Shown here piece after piece: positions 53,301 through 63,332 of a DNA stretch of 64,000 nucleotides. The stretch covers positions 56,172,001 to 56,236,000 of the forward strand of contig OX597823.1 in the NCBI GenBank assembly GCA_951406725.2. The letters are read 5' to 3'. The notes below the pieces were generated by a model that ran no database searches, was not told the DNA's origin, and saw only the letters and a program-made list of their open reading frames with translations. The DNA is from Octopus vulgaris (taxonomy: Eukaryota). Each line of letters begins with the position of its first letter. Positions within the stretch are counted from its first letter, which is position 1. Both the position numbers and the translations under genes were made by a program.

Positions 53301-55469
53301 GCAAATCTATTGTATTCAGCAGAATATTTACTCTGGTCCGTCTTTTATACCAAGACAAGACGGCGAGCTGGTAGAATCGTTAGCACGTCGGGCGAAATGC
53401 TTAGCGGCATTTCGTCCCTTTTTACGTTTTGAGTTCAAATTCCATTGAGGTCGATTTTGCCTTTCATCCTTTCGGAGGTCGAAGAAATAGTATAAGTTGA
53501 GTGCTGGGAAGGATGTAATCGACTATCCCCTCCCACAAATTTCAGGCCTTGTCCTTATAGTATAAATGATTAGTATGAAAAATGCGGCGTGCTGGCAGAA
53601 TCGTTAGCACACCGGACAAAAATGCTTAGCGGCATTTCGTCCGTCCTTACGTTCTGAATTCAAATTCCGCCGTGGTGGACTTTGCCTTTTCATCCTTTCG
53701 GGGTCGATAATTTAAGTGTCAGTCAAACACTGTGCTCGATGCAATCGACTTAACCCCTACACCAAAATGGCTGCCCTTGTGGAAAAATTTGAAACCATTA
53801 TTATTGTTGTTGTTATTGTTATGATTATTGTGTTGCTGATAATGTAACTGTTAATATGATTAACTCTTGCGCTAACCTATGAATGGGCAATGGTCCTATT
53901 ATAAATGCTCATAAAATATATACGGATATATATATATATATACGCGAGAAAGAAGCAACAAGAATGGATAGGTTTTTAGTACAATCGTTTCATACAAGGA
54001 CAGGCTTTATTAAAAGTTGCAAAAATTGCAGCATATAAACGTGTCCCGTACTCATCAGCTAAAATACATGTGAGTTCTCTAGACATCCTAGTGGTTGAGG
54101 CTATACTCATGAAGTAATGTAGATAATTAAGTAACATAAACAGATTTTCAAAGTTCATTAAAGTTCTTTAAAAGTTCTTTAAAGATGATGTACAGTCTTA
54201 TCACAGAATTTTAAAAAAGTTTTAATAGCATCACAGAGAAGGTGACTTAATCCATAGTGTACATATGAATTTCCAGAGATATGAGGAGGGATTACATACT
54301 CACAGACGACAAATTTATCCATTGCTAATCACAACGAGGTGGGTCTCAATTCCTGCTTATTAGCATTACAGAGAGGGTGAATTAATCCTTTGTATAGATG
54401 CACAATTTCCAATGGTGTAGATGTAAATTTCCAGAGAAATGAAGAGGAATTTCATGTTCACAGGCGATAAATTTATCAATGGTTGAACACAATGAGGTAG
54501 GTATCAATTCTTGCTATATGATTAGGTATTTGCCACATTAATCACATTACTGCTATTTTCAAGAGACTGTAGCTATTTAACTTTTAAAGGCTGAAGGGCT
54601 TTCTAGAGAGGCAAAGAACAGAAAAGGGAAGGAAAGAGAAGAAAAGAGAGAAAATAAAGGAGGAGGGAGCAAAAGGGGGGGGGGACTAAAAGAGAAGAGA
54701 AAAGGAAAAAGAAAAAAGAAAAAGAGAATAAGAAGAAGAAAAAGAAAAAAGAGAAAAGAGAAAGAAATAGGGAAAGAAGGGAAAAAAAGAAAAAGAAAAA
54801 AAGAGGGTTCTAGTTATACAGAAGAATTAGTAGACGGCAAGTCTGGTTTTAATTTACAGGCATCTAGGAACTAGAGGAGAATATTATTCTTTGACCAGTA
54901 AAACAGCTAATTTATTGCTGTTGAAAGCAGCTATGAATTTAAAGAGAATCTAAAGAGATAACACGGTCACATGTATTTTAGCTGATGAGTACGGGACACG
55001 TTTATATGCTGCAATTTTTGCAACTTTTAATAAAGCCTGTCCTTGTATGAAACGATTGTACTAAAAACCTATCCATTCTTGTTGCTTCTTTCTCGCTTAT
55101 AATCACCCCACATTACTGTATTGTTAAAACCGTATAGTTTTTTTTGGTGCATCTAAGTTAGGTACCATATTCAAGTAAATTCATTTAAATTAACTTGAAT
55201 CTTTATTGCTTTTTGTATATATATATATATATATATCTTTCTGTTAACGGAAGGAATAACAATATTATTTACGCCTTTTTAATTTCACAGTGATAGCCTT
55301 AAAAACAGCATTATGACTACTTTGATTATGCATACGTACAAATGGACAAGATATATGAATCTAGATTTATATACAAATGTTATCTTACAGATGCCTCTTA
55401 CTGGTCTGAATGGTCTCCTTGGTCAAATTGTTCATCAGACTGTAATGCGCAGAAGCAAACTAGGACGAG
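3976..55469 (+). CDS. Partial multi-exon gene for a giant mucin-like / SCO-spondin-hemolectin-like extracellular protein: LDLa - [PTS + FA58C-like + PTS]x15 - PTS - FA58C - TSP1 (both ends outside the window)
   Basis: Manually spliced exons with AG/GT boundaries and compatible phases: 3976-4093 (0/1), 15x[A 1/1, B 1/0, C 0/1], 36447-36647 (1/1), 43963-44225 (1/0), 48525-48639 (0/1), 55391-55469 (1/2). About 12,960 coding nt, ~4,320 aa, with no in-frame stop seen. Confidence 0.8.
4325..4513. repeat. (GATA)n microsatellite, continuing at 6322-6378
   Basis: Direct sequence; split by the Tx1/L1 insertion. Confidence 0.95.
4514..6321 (-). mobile_element. 5'-truncated Tx1/L1-clade LINE with a frameshifted ORF2 fragment
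   Basis: [10 protein letters not shown] motif, [21 protein letters not shown] and a C-terminal [18 protein letters not shown] zinc knuckle; AATAAA at the 3' end; higher GC than its flanks. Confidence 0.9.
9240..9730 (-). mobile_element. Helitron RepHel (PIF1 helicase C-terminus) remnant
   Basis: [27 protein letters not shown]...GKTKAIIY resembles the Helitron helicase C-terminal [14 protein letters not shown] motif. Confidence 0.7.
11088..11290 (+). mobile_element. tRNA-derived SINE (abundant family; further copies ~560-705, 38187-38400, 40920-42000 in tandem, 52690-52860, 53360-53800, 63330-63940; minus copies ~3265-3590, 10890-11065, 55695-55818)
   Basis: Head ggcggcgagctggcagaa.cgttagcacgcc with a B-box-like gagttcaaattcc; most copies also carry the core gactttgcctttcatcctttcggggtcgataaa.taagtaccag. 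Confidence 0.85.
11292..11892 (+). mobile_element. Degenerate Dong/R4-like 3' fragment abutting the array
   Basis: [18 protein letters not shown]..., [12 protein letters not shown] and [13 protein letters not shown]-domain remnants; ends in aat-like repeats. Confidence 0.7.
11893..11995 (+). pseudogene. 5'-truncated PTS exon copy at the left edge of the array
   Basis: Matches the 3' part of exon C and keeps the gtatgt donor, but abuts the tail of a retrotransposon. An in-frame TGA lies just upstream with no AG acceptor in between. Confidence 0.6.
12202..12384 (+). CDS. Array exon A (unit 1): Thr/Pro/Ser-rich mucin segment
   Basis: cacacag|TT CCA ACG ACA...ACT ACA G|gtatgt, 183 nt, phase 1/1. 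Other copies start at 13816, 15448 (both +18 nt), 17080, 18694, 20308, 21922, 23536, 25150, 26764, 28378, 29991, 31605, 33219, 34833. Confidence 0.88.
12583..12860 (+). CDS. Array exon B (unit 1): N-terminal part of a discoidin/FA58C-like domain
   Basis: ctacacag|TT CCT...CCT GGA|gtaagt, phase 1/0; [27 protein letters not shown]...[23 protein letters not shown]...EPG. Other copies start at 14215, 15847, 17461, 19075, 20689, 22303, 23917, 25531, 27145, 28758, 30372, 31986, 33600, 35214. Confidence 0.88.
13261..13609 (+). CDS. Array exon C (unit 1): C-terminal part of the FA58C-like domain plus Thr-rich mucin segment
   Basis: tatttag|ATG TTT CCT...GCA G|gtatgt, phase 0/1; ...[25 protein letters not shown] then KPTTAATTT... 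Other copies start at 14893, 16525, 18139, 19753, 21367, 22981, 24595, 26209, 27823, 29436, 31050, 32664, 34278, 35892. Confidence 0.88.
36447..36647 (+). CDS. Terminal chimeric PTS exon (exon A-type start, exon C-type end)
   Basis: acacag|TT CCA...GCA G|gttcgt, 201 nt, phase 1/1, open frame; the donor is weaker than in internal units. Confidence 0.7.
36863..37010 (+). pseudogene. Degenerate exon B copy at the right edge of the array
   Basis: Diverged exon B ([20 protein letters not shown]), first Cys lost, in-frame TAA at 36961-36963. Confidence 0.7.
39896..40770. mobile_element. Non-autonomous Tc1/mariner-like element with fold-back structure
   Basis: TIRs tacgtagtctgatcaataagtatc / gatacttgttgatcagacctcgta; transposase N-terminal fragments ([12 protein letters not shown] on +; DERSGRPTT on -). 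Confidence 0.75.
42200..43560 (+). mobile_element. Degraded Tx1/L1-like LINE remnant
   Basis: [16 protein letters not shown]...[12 protein letters not shown] resembles [12 protein letters not shown]...[12 protein letters not shown] of the 4514-6321 element; boundaries approximate. Confidence 0.55.
43963..44225 (+). CDS. Exon: N-terminal part of a discoidin/FA58C domain
   Basis: Long poly-T tract + aacag|TA CCA...GCT TCG|gtaaat, phase 1/0; [17 protein letters not shown]...[28 protein letters not shown]...[12 protein letters not shown] fits the FA58C pattern. Confidence 0.85.
44703..44785 (-). ncRNA. Minimal type I hammerhead ribozyme motif (Penelope-type)
   Basis: Minus strand reads CCCATG-CTGAAGA-GGAA...TTCC-GAAAC-GC-GTA-CATGGG: stems I and II, intact core, palindromic stem III ACGCGT. 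Confidence 0.75.
45905..47310 (-). mobile_element. Degenerate 5' part of a Dong/R4-like retrotransposon
   Basis: [21 protein letters not shown]...[15 protein letters not shown] is typical of the R4-clade region upstream of RT; adjacent to (TAA)n. Confidence 0.65.
47751..48095 (+). mobile_element. tRNA-derived SINE with a CORE/V-like central domain
   Basis: Head ggcgcatggctcagtggttagagcg...ctcgaatcccg, then gtgttcttgagcaaggcacttta; 11-bp target-site duplication tacacttctat at 47740-47750 and 48096-48106. Confidence 0.85.
48525..48639 (+). CDS. Exon: C-terminal part of the FA58C domain (not in the ORF track)
   Basis: tttatttcag|TTG...GGA TGT A|gtaagt, phase 0/1; [38 protein letters not shown] matches the FA58C C-terminal pattern PPI..r.lrI.P...LrlElyGC. 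Confidence 0.85.
48690..51045 (+). mobile_element. Penelope-like element (RT + GIY-YIG), 5'-truncated with stops and frameshifts
   Basis: [51 protein letters not shown], and IIYCISC...[22 protein letters not shown] motif. Confidence 0.92.
53944..55096. repeat. Element bounded by a perfect 130-bp inverted repeat (53944-54073 / 54967-55096), probably Penelope-derived
   Basis: The arms are reverse complements; each contains a hammerhead motif. Confidence 0.85.
54976..55066 (+). ncRNA. Type I hammerhead ribozyme motif (mirror copy on - strand at 53974-54064)
   Basis: TTTTAG-CTGATGA-GTACGGGACA...TGTCCTTGTAT-GAAAC-GATT-GTA-CTAAAA; predicted cleavage after GUA at 55060. Confidence 0.78.
55391..55469 (+). 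CDS. Exon: N-terminal half of a thrombospondin type-1 repeat (not in the ORF track)
   Basis: tcttacag|AT GCC...ACG AG|gtaagt, phase 1/2; (N)[25 protein letters not shown](R) carries the WxxWxxWSxCSxxC...RxR motif. Confidence 0.88.
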
Positions 55470-55816
55470 GTAAGTTTTAAAATCTCATTTAAAAATTTCT
55501 CGATCAATTATTTTTGACATAAGTACAAAGTCATGAATGATTATGAACAGTAGTTATAAATGATTGAGTCGACTCCAGTACCTGAATTTCGAGGAAAATC
55601 AAAATTGTTACCATCACCCTTTCAAACACAGGAAGACAAAATCGCTGAGATTCGTCGAGGTCTTGATTCAGATGATATCCAGAACGTATTAAATATTAGT
55701 TTCAAATTTTGGTACAAGGCTAGCAATTTTGAGGGAGCGATAAGTCGATTACATCGATCCTAGTGCTCAACTGATACTTATTTTATCGACCCCGAAAGGA
55801 AGAAAGGCAAAATCGA

Positions 55817-55818
<2 letters not shown>

Positions 55819-55872
<54 letters not shown>

Positions 55873-55903
55873 TATATACATATATATATACATATATATA
55901 TAC

Positions 55904-55986
<83 letters not shown>

Positions 55987-56003
55987 TATATATATATATA
56001 TAT
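55819..56003. repeat. (TA)n / (TATACA) microsatellite; further long tracts at 9766-9833, 56621-56945, 57972-58280 and 62935-63027
   Basis: Direct sequence. Confidence 0.95.
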
Positions 56004-56202
56004 AATTATTACATTATATAAAAGGGCTTAGTAAAATAAATTACTTTGCCGCATACTGAACTCATTAGAAATAGCAGCCAAAAAAACTTTTTTAAAACTA
56101 TTTCCAATACTTAAAGAAAATCTCTCTCGTAAAGTGTTTGCTCAATTCAACTCACGAAAGTATGAGGGTAGAAACATTAAAAAATCAAATGCAAAGGTTA
56201 TT

Positions 56203-56254
56203 TGAGAACGTACGTTTCAAGATTAGTCAAAAAGACATTTCTATCATCAGCTCA
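56203..56254 (-). ncRNA. Minimal hammerhead ribozyme motif inside a Penelope-like terminal-repeat fragment (~56003-56620)
   Basis: Minus strand reads TGAG-CTGATGA-...-GAAAC-GTAC-GTT-CTCA with palindromic ACGTACGT stem III and a weak stem II. The fragment has ~60-bp direct repeats (~56004-56063, ~56562-56620). Confidence 0.6.
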
Positions 56255-56617
56255 GAACTCCCTGGTTTGGATTTGAAAACACTGAAAGTAGGAGCATACC
56301 TTTTCGGCCTCCCATCGTCTCCGAAGATCTACTCGAAACTAACAGTGCCAGCAAATTCGAACATGCAAGCGAAGAATTTCTGCTCTCCCCCTTCCACCAG
56401 CGTGGGTTAAAATCAGCAAACAACATGCTTTTTTCGGTAAAATCCGAGGCATTAAATAGAGAGATATGAATTATAATTTCAACAATTGAGGGTAAAATTA
56501 ATTAATTAATCAATTTCACCAAGTATTCAGTATGCAAAGGGACCATTTAAGGCGAATTCAAATTATTACATTATATAAAAGAGCTTAGTAAAATAAATTA
56601 CTTTGCCGCATACTGAA

Positions 56618-56863
<246 letters not shown>

Positions 56864-56866
56864 TAC

Positions 56867-56945
<79 letters not shown>

Positions 56946-56947
<2 letters not shown>

Positions 56948-57970
56948 AATTAATCTTCTCTCTTCGCTCTTATACGCCATTTGGTCTCAACTCTCCCCCC
57001 TCCTCATCTAACCCCCCTCTCCCCCTCCTCACCTATCCTTTCTCCCCCGACCCCCACTTCTTCAGTCCTTCATCCTTTCACCCCTACTCCCCTTCCCTTC
57101 TTCCCTCTTTCTCCCTCCCTCTTCCTCTTCCCTCTGCTCCCTCACTCCCTCTCTCCCCTTCTCTCTCCCCCTCTCCCTCTTTCCTCCTTCATCCCTCTCC
57201 TCCCCTTCCTTCTCCCCATCCTCTCCTCTTCACCCTCCCCTCCCCCTCTTCTTCCCCTCCCCTTCTCCCCCTCTTCTCCCCTCCCCCTCTTCTCCTCACT
57301 ACACCACATGACTTTACACATCACATCACATATGATGTGCCATACTAATACACACACCAACTAATACATACTAATACGTACTAATACATACTAGTACATA
57401 CTAATACTTACACCAACCCTATACATACACACGTCCAGACCCCGCATACGCACTTATACTCTCTCACACACACACACACACACCTATACATACCAATACG
57501 TACTAATACATACTAATACATACTAATACATACACCAACCCCATACATACGCACGTCCAGACCAATCCCACGCACTGATACTCTCTCATACACACACACA
57601 CACACACACACACCCTTATACATACTAATACATACACCAACCCTATACATACACATCCAGACCCCTCCCACGCACTTTTAGCTGGTCCCTCAACCCTATT
57701 ATCTCCCCTTATTTCGCTCTCGCGTCTCATGTTTGATCTTTGACCTCTGGCCGAAATCAGATCGCCATGTTGATTCGTTAGCTACTGCACGCATTTTTTT
57801 CTCTCCTTCTTTCTGTGTTTTTCTCTCTCTGTGTATCTTTCTGTTGAAGAGCGTAGGCTCGAAACGTTAAAGACTTGTTTTATTTATATTTCCTGAGCGC
57901 CATACTAATACAATTGTTCGTTTGTTTTCCACCTGCCTTCGTCTTTTGTTTATTTTCATAAAGCTTCCCG
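56946..57970 (+). mobile_element. 3' terminal fragment of the same Penelope-like family as 48690-51045
   Basis: Shares ttaatctt..ctcttcgctct..tacgccatttggtctca, the polypyrimidine tract and the gaaga..taggctcgaaacg..aaagacttg terminal block. Confidence 0.8.
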
Positions 57971-57971
57971 T

Positions 57972-58023
<52 letters not shown>

Positions 58024-58084
58024 TATACATATATATATACATATATATACATATATATATACATATATATACATATATATATAC

Positions 58085-58172
<88 letters not shown>

Positions 58173-58608
58173 GTATATATATACATATATATATACATAT
58201 ATATATATGTATATATATACATATACATATACATATATATATATGTATATATATACATATATATATATATATACATATATGTATGTGGATTAACTGTTGA
58301 ACTGGACGGACGTCTATTTGTTTCTCTCCCGAGTCAGTAGCAAGCTACACAGCTTCAAAACTAACTGACCTTAAATATATATATATTTGTAACCACGTGT
58401 TTGCCTACAAACCCGTAAGTACGTTTTCATTTAACTACAAATTGTTATATACACCTGTTTTTCTTTTAATATCCTCAAACAACCAAATAATCAAAAACTC
58501 ACACCCTTAAGAGAGAACATTTATATATATATACACTTCTTTAACTCCCAAGAAAGAATATATATATTTTCAAAAATCAAAAGGAAAACAAACAAAAGAA
58601 AAACAAAC

Positions 58609-59838
58609 ATGACTAACTTGCAGGCCTGCAACAGACGAAATTGGTCTGATAACGAAATTGATGTTTTAATAAACACATGGCTCTCTCTTTCCCAAACAGA
58701 AAATCTAAATGTCTTGTGTTTGAATGAGATTGCCGAAAAAACATCACAAGTGGTCAACACACGATCCGTCAAACAGATTCGTAGCAAGTTGAAACATATC
58801 GAAGTATCTTTCAAACTGATAAGAGGCCATTATGAAAAGCTTCTACATATTTTCACAGTTCAAGAACAACAACAGCTAGAAAATCAGCAGCCACAACAAC
58901 AACAACAACAGAATGAGCCACTCCTGGTTCCCAACACAATGGCTGACCCTGACATCGGTCAGTCACAACAACAACAACAACAGCCACAGCAACGAGAACA
59001 ACAACAGCCACTCCTCAACTCTAGCTTACTAGACGATTCACTAAATGCCAGTATCTTTTCACCGCTCTCACAGCAACCACCACAATTATCATCATCATCA
59101 TCACCACCGCTGCCACCATCGTCTTCTATCACCAAAAATACCAACAGAAAACCAAATAAGAAACCACTGCCCTCTTCCCCCACATCACCACCTCAATACT
59201 ACTGCAGTAACAAAAACTTAAAGAAACATAGGAAGCAGAATGCGCCCCCCACGGCACAAACAAGAAATCCCCAAATATGCCGCTATTCACTGCGCCAGAG
59301 ACTCTGCACAAATAGTGACTGCATCTTCACGCATCTACCCGGCACTAGACGCACTACTGGCCAAGGCCAAAGCACGCATCCCACAATAACATCAACACCA
59401 CCAAATAGTAAATCGAAATTCAAAACACACACAACTCGGAGTCCCAAAATCTGCCGGTATTCCCAACGTGAGAGAACATGTCTACTGAGTGACTGTCCCT
59501 TCACTCATCTTCCAGGGACCCGACGCACAAACAGAAACGGGGCCTCAAGCCAACACACAAACCTGAATAACAATAAAAATAGAAACACACCATGCTGCAG
59601 TAATGCTGGTCCAGTCTTTTCAGGAAGACACAAAAACAACAACAACAAAAGTGGAAACTACAACCCTATCCAACAGTGCAACCACACCTCCAGCCAAAAA
59701 CTGCTCCCTAAGCAGGAAAATTCTTTTTTAGCCATGTTGAACATGGCAAAAGAGATACACAAAAACATTCTAGCCATCACTCAACACCATCCTATGCTAT
59801 TACCCCAGTGCACCAATTCCCCACATTGCTGCCACTAA
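58609..59838 (+). CDS. LINE ORF1: Myb/SANT-like N-terminus, Q-rich linker, two CCCH zinc fingers
   Basis: 409-aa ORF; WSDNEIDVLINTW...RSVKQIRSKLK; two C-x8-C-x4-C-x3-H motifs, each followed by LPGTRR. Confidence 0.8.
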   Translation: MTNLQACNRRNWSDNEIDVLINTWLSLSQTENLNVLCLNEIAEKTSQVVNTRSVKQIRSKLKHIEVSFKLIRGHYEKLLHIFTVQEQQQLENQQPQQQQQQNEPLLVPNTMADPDIGQSQQQQQQPQQREQQQPLLNSSLLDDSLNASIFSPLSQQPPQLSSSSSPPLPPSSSITKNTNRKPNKKPLPSSPTSPPQYYCSNKNLKKHRKQNAPPTAQTRNPQICRYSLRQRLCTNSDCIFTHLPGTRRTTGQGQSTHPTITSTPPNSKSKFKTHTTRSPKICRYSQRERTCLLSDCPFTHLPGTRRTNRNGASSQHTNLNNNKNRNTPCCSNAGPVFSGRHKNNNNKSGNYNPIQQCNHTSSQKLLPKQENSFLAMLNMAKEIHKNILAITQHHPMLLPQCTNSPHCCH

Positions 59839-62800
59839 CACACACAAAAAATCCAAGCCCCCTGCAACAGTCAAAACCAGCCACTACACTAACCTCCACA
59901 TTCCTACTCAATGCACAAGGTGTCAGCCCTTCCATCAATGCACAAAAATGGAAGGTCCAATTCATTGAAGACTGGGTTGGTAACCATTCACACCACATCC
60001 CTTTCTTCATTCTCACTGAGACCCACCTTGACAACTCCCACTTGGAAGCCGAAGTGAGAGTGAAGAATTTCACAACCATCCGCGCGGATCGTATCGGCAG
60101 GAGGAAGGGTGGAACTGCCATTTTCCTGCATGATTCATTTACGGCAGATGGAAATAGTATATTCTCCAACGGCTACTGTGAATCAGTCACCGTGCACAAC
60201 AAAGCCAATGATCTGACAGTAATTGGGCTCTATAGGCCGCCCCAAACACCCATACTGTGCTTTAAAGAATGCCTCAACAGCATTAAGTGCTTTATTCAAC
60301 AGTGCCATTCTAGCAACATACTCATGATGGGAGACTTCAATCTACCCTGTGTTGACTGGACTACAAACTGTTTGAAACCAAGCACTCCCGCCTCAACCGC
60401 TGACAAAGAAGCAGCAGAGTCACTTTTCGACTTTACGAATGAGTTTTTCTTGTCCCAACTTGTCCTTGCACCAACAAGACATCAGAACATTTTGGACCTA
60501 GTGTTTAGTAACCACACTAACACTATACATAACGTTACAGTGGAAAAAACCCTTCTTTCAGACCATGACATGGTTCTCTGTAACATGAAATTCCACCAGC
60601 CGAAAGCTAATCCTAGTGACCTTCCTCCAGCCCACCCATTTGACAACATGGATCTCCATAAAGCCAACAGGGATGCAATCAGGAACGAGCTATCAAATGT
60701 TGACTGGTCCTTTACACATACACACATCTCCACCAACCATAAAACATCTTGGCAGATCTTTGTAGACACCGTCACAGACATATGTGCAAAACACTCCCCA
60801 CCAAGACCTGTGAACAAAAAGTGCAGAATCCCCCAAAACAGAAAAACCATTATCAGAAAAATAAAAAGAACAAACAAAAAAATTAACAAACTAAAGTACT
60901 GCCAACAGCAACACACACATTCGACGGCTATCGCACTGCTTGAATCCAAAAAATATAACCTCCAACAATGCATGAAGTCCCTCATCAATAACCAAAGATC
61001 AGCTGAGGAGAAGTGGGCCATTGAAAAAATCAAACTCAACCCCAAAGTGTTCTTTTCATTTGCGAGGAAACGCAGGGTCACTGTCTCCACTGTAGGCCCT
61101 CTAATTGACGAAACTGGCACTCTCCAAGATAATGCCAAATCCATGGCCGAGATACTGCAGAAACAATACTGCTCTGTTTTCAGCAATCCTGATATGGCCG
61201 ATCTGGGCTGTATCAGTGATGTCAACCCCCAACACACTATATCGGACATAACGTTTAGTGCCCCTGATGTCTTAGCGGCGATAAACGAAATAAAACACAA
61301 TTCAGCAGTAGGCCCCGATAGGTTCCCTGCTTGTGTCCTGAAGGTGTGTCGACACCAACTTGCATCTCCCCTTGCTAATCTGTGGAGAAACTCACTGGAT
61401 GCTGGCTATATTCCAAAAAACCTTCTGTCCCAGTCTGTTGTCCCAGTTTTCAAAAAGGGAAACAAGTCCCTTGCAGTGAATTACCGTCCGATCTCACTCA
61501 CCTCTCATATCATCAAGGTATTTGAGAGGGTGGTGAGATCTCAAATAACCCAATTTCTGGAAAGCAACAGACGGCTGATCTCCAACCAACATGGGTTCCG
61601 TAATGGAAGGGACTGCCTAACGCAGCTCCTGCATCACTTTGAGGACATTTTGAGAGCTTTGGGAGAGGGCTCCAACACCGATGTCATCTACCTTGATTTC
61701 AGTAAGGCCTTCGACAGGGTCGATCACAAGATCCTATTGAAAAAACTATCCAACATTGGTGTCTCTGGAAAGTTACTGAAATGGATTAAGTGTTTCCTGA
61801 CAGACAGATCTCAACATGTTGTAGTTGAAGGGGTAAAATCAAGCCCAGCCAAAGTCAGTAGTGGCGTTCCGCAAGGCACTGTGCTGGGCCCACTTCTTTC
61901 ATCATTTACATTAATGACATTAATGACATCATCAAGCACAGCAACATAAAAATCTTTGCAGATGACTCCAAGCTACAGAAGGTCATAAATGAGGCGAGTG
62001 ACCGGACATGCCTTCAGTCAGATCTACTGGCTGTTATCCAATGGGCAGAAAAAAACAATATGCTGCTGAACGAGGATAAATTTGAGCTAATCCACTTTGG
62101 AAAAGAGGATGCCCTGAAACTCCCATACTCCCTTCCTTCAGGTGAAACTCTCGCGGCGTCCAACAACATCAGAGACTTGGGAGTAATTGTGGACAACAAC
62201 GTAAGCTGGGCCACTCATATAAACACCAAAGTTGACATGGCCCGCAGAATGTGTTCCTGGATTCTCAGAACTTTCCAGTCGAGAGATATCCACACCATTA
62301 TCCTTCTCTTCTCCACTTTTGCCCGACCCCACCTTGAATACTGTTGTCCACTGTGGTCTCCCCACACAATACAAGGTATCAAAAAAGTCGAAGCACCTCA
62401 AAGGGCAATCACAAAAAAGATAGATGGCATGACAGGCCTCGACTATTGGGGTCGACTAGAAAAGCTAAAACTCTATTCTCTCCAACGTCGTCGTGAGCGC
62501 TACATCATCTGCATGATGTGGAAAATATTCCATCAGCATTGCCCAAATGATGTTGGCATCACCTTTAAGGTACATCCAAGGCTTGGGCCCCGTGCCATCC
62601 GCCCAAAACAAAAATCGCACTCTCATCTCATAACAACAATACGGCACAATTATTTCACCTCAATTGGCCCCGCTCTCTTTAACATTACACCAAAACACAT
62701 TAAAACAGAAACTGACCCTATAGGGTTCAAGAAGTCTTTGGACAGATTCCTTCAAGAAATCCCGGATAAACCCCCTACACCCGGATATGTCTCTGTAAAC

Positions 62801-62842
62801 AATAACTCTCTACTTGAGTGGGCCATAGTGCCCAAATTCTGA
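59712..62842 (+). CDS. LINE ORF2 (endonuclease + reverse transcriptase) with one frameshift near 61897
   Basis: Frame open from 59712. A single missing T in PLLF|IIYIND shifts the frame; the downstream frame carries FADD and runs to TGA at 62842. Confidence 0.85.
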
Positions 62843-62932
62843 CTTGAAAGACTTCACCAGGTGGTGCTATTAAGTTAGACATGGCCTGGGCCAATAATGG
62901 CCGAAACCTATCAAAGTATCAAAGTATCAAAG

Positions 62933-63246
<314 letters not shown>

Positions 63247-63281
63247 TATATATCACAACTCGTGTTCCACATCTCCTTTTT

Positions 63282-63332
<51 letters not shown>

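Noticed and set aside
57838-57875. Hammerhead in the Penelope terminal block (also ~50912-50950)
   Set aside because: Has a hairpin plus GAAAC but no clean CTGANGA core or stem I; at most a degenerate variant.
60482-61300. 272-aa antisense ORF in the LINE
   Set aside because: Shadow of ORF2 codon usage; no recognisable motifs.
62884-62910. Ribozyme in the LINE 3'UTR (ctgggccaataatggccgaaac)
   Set aside because: Lacks the CTGANGA core; better explained as the usual CR1/L2 3' recognition stem-loop.
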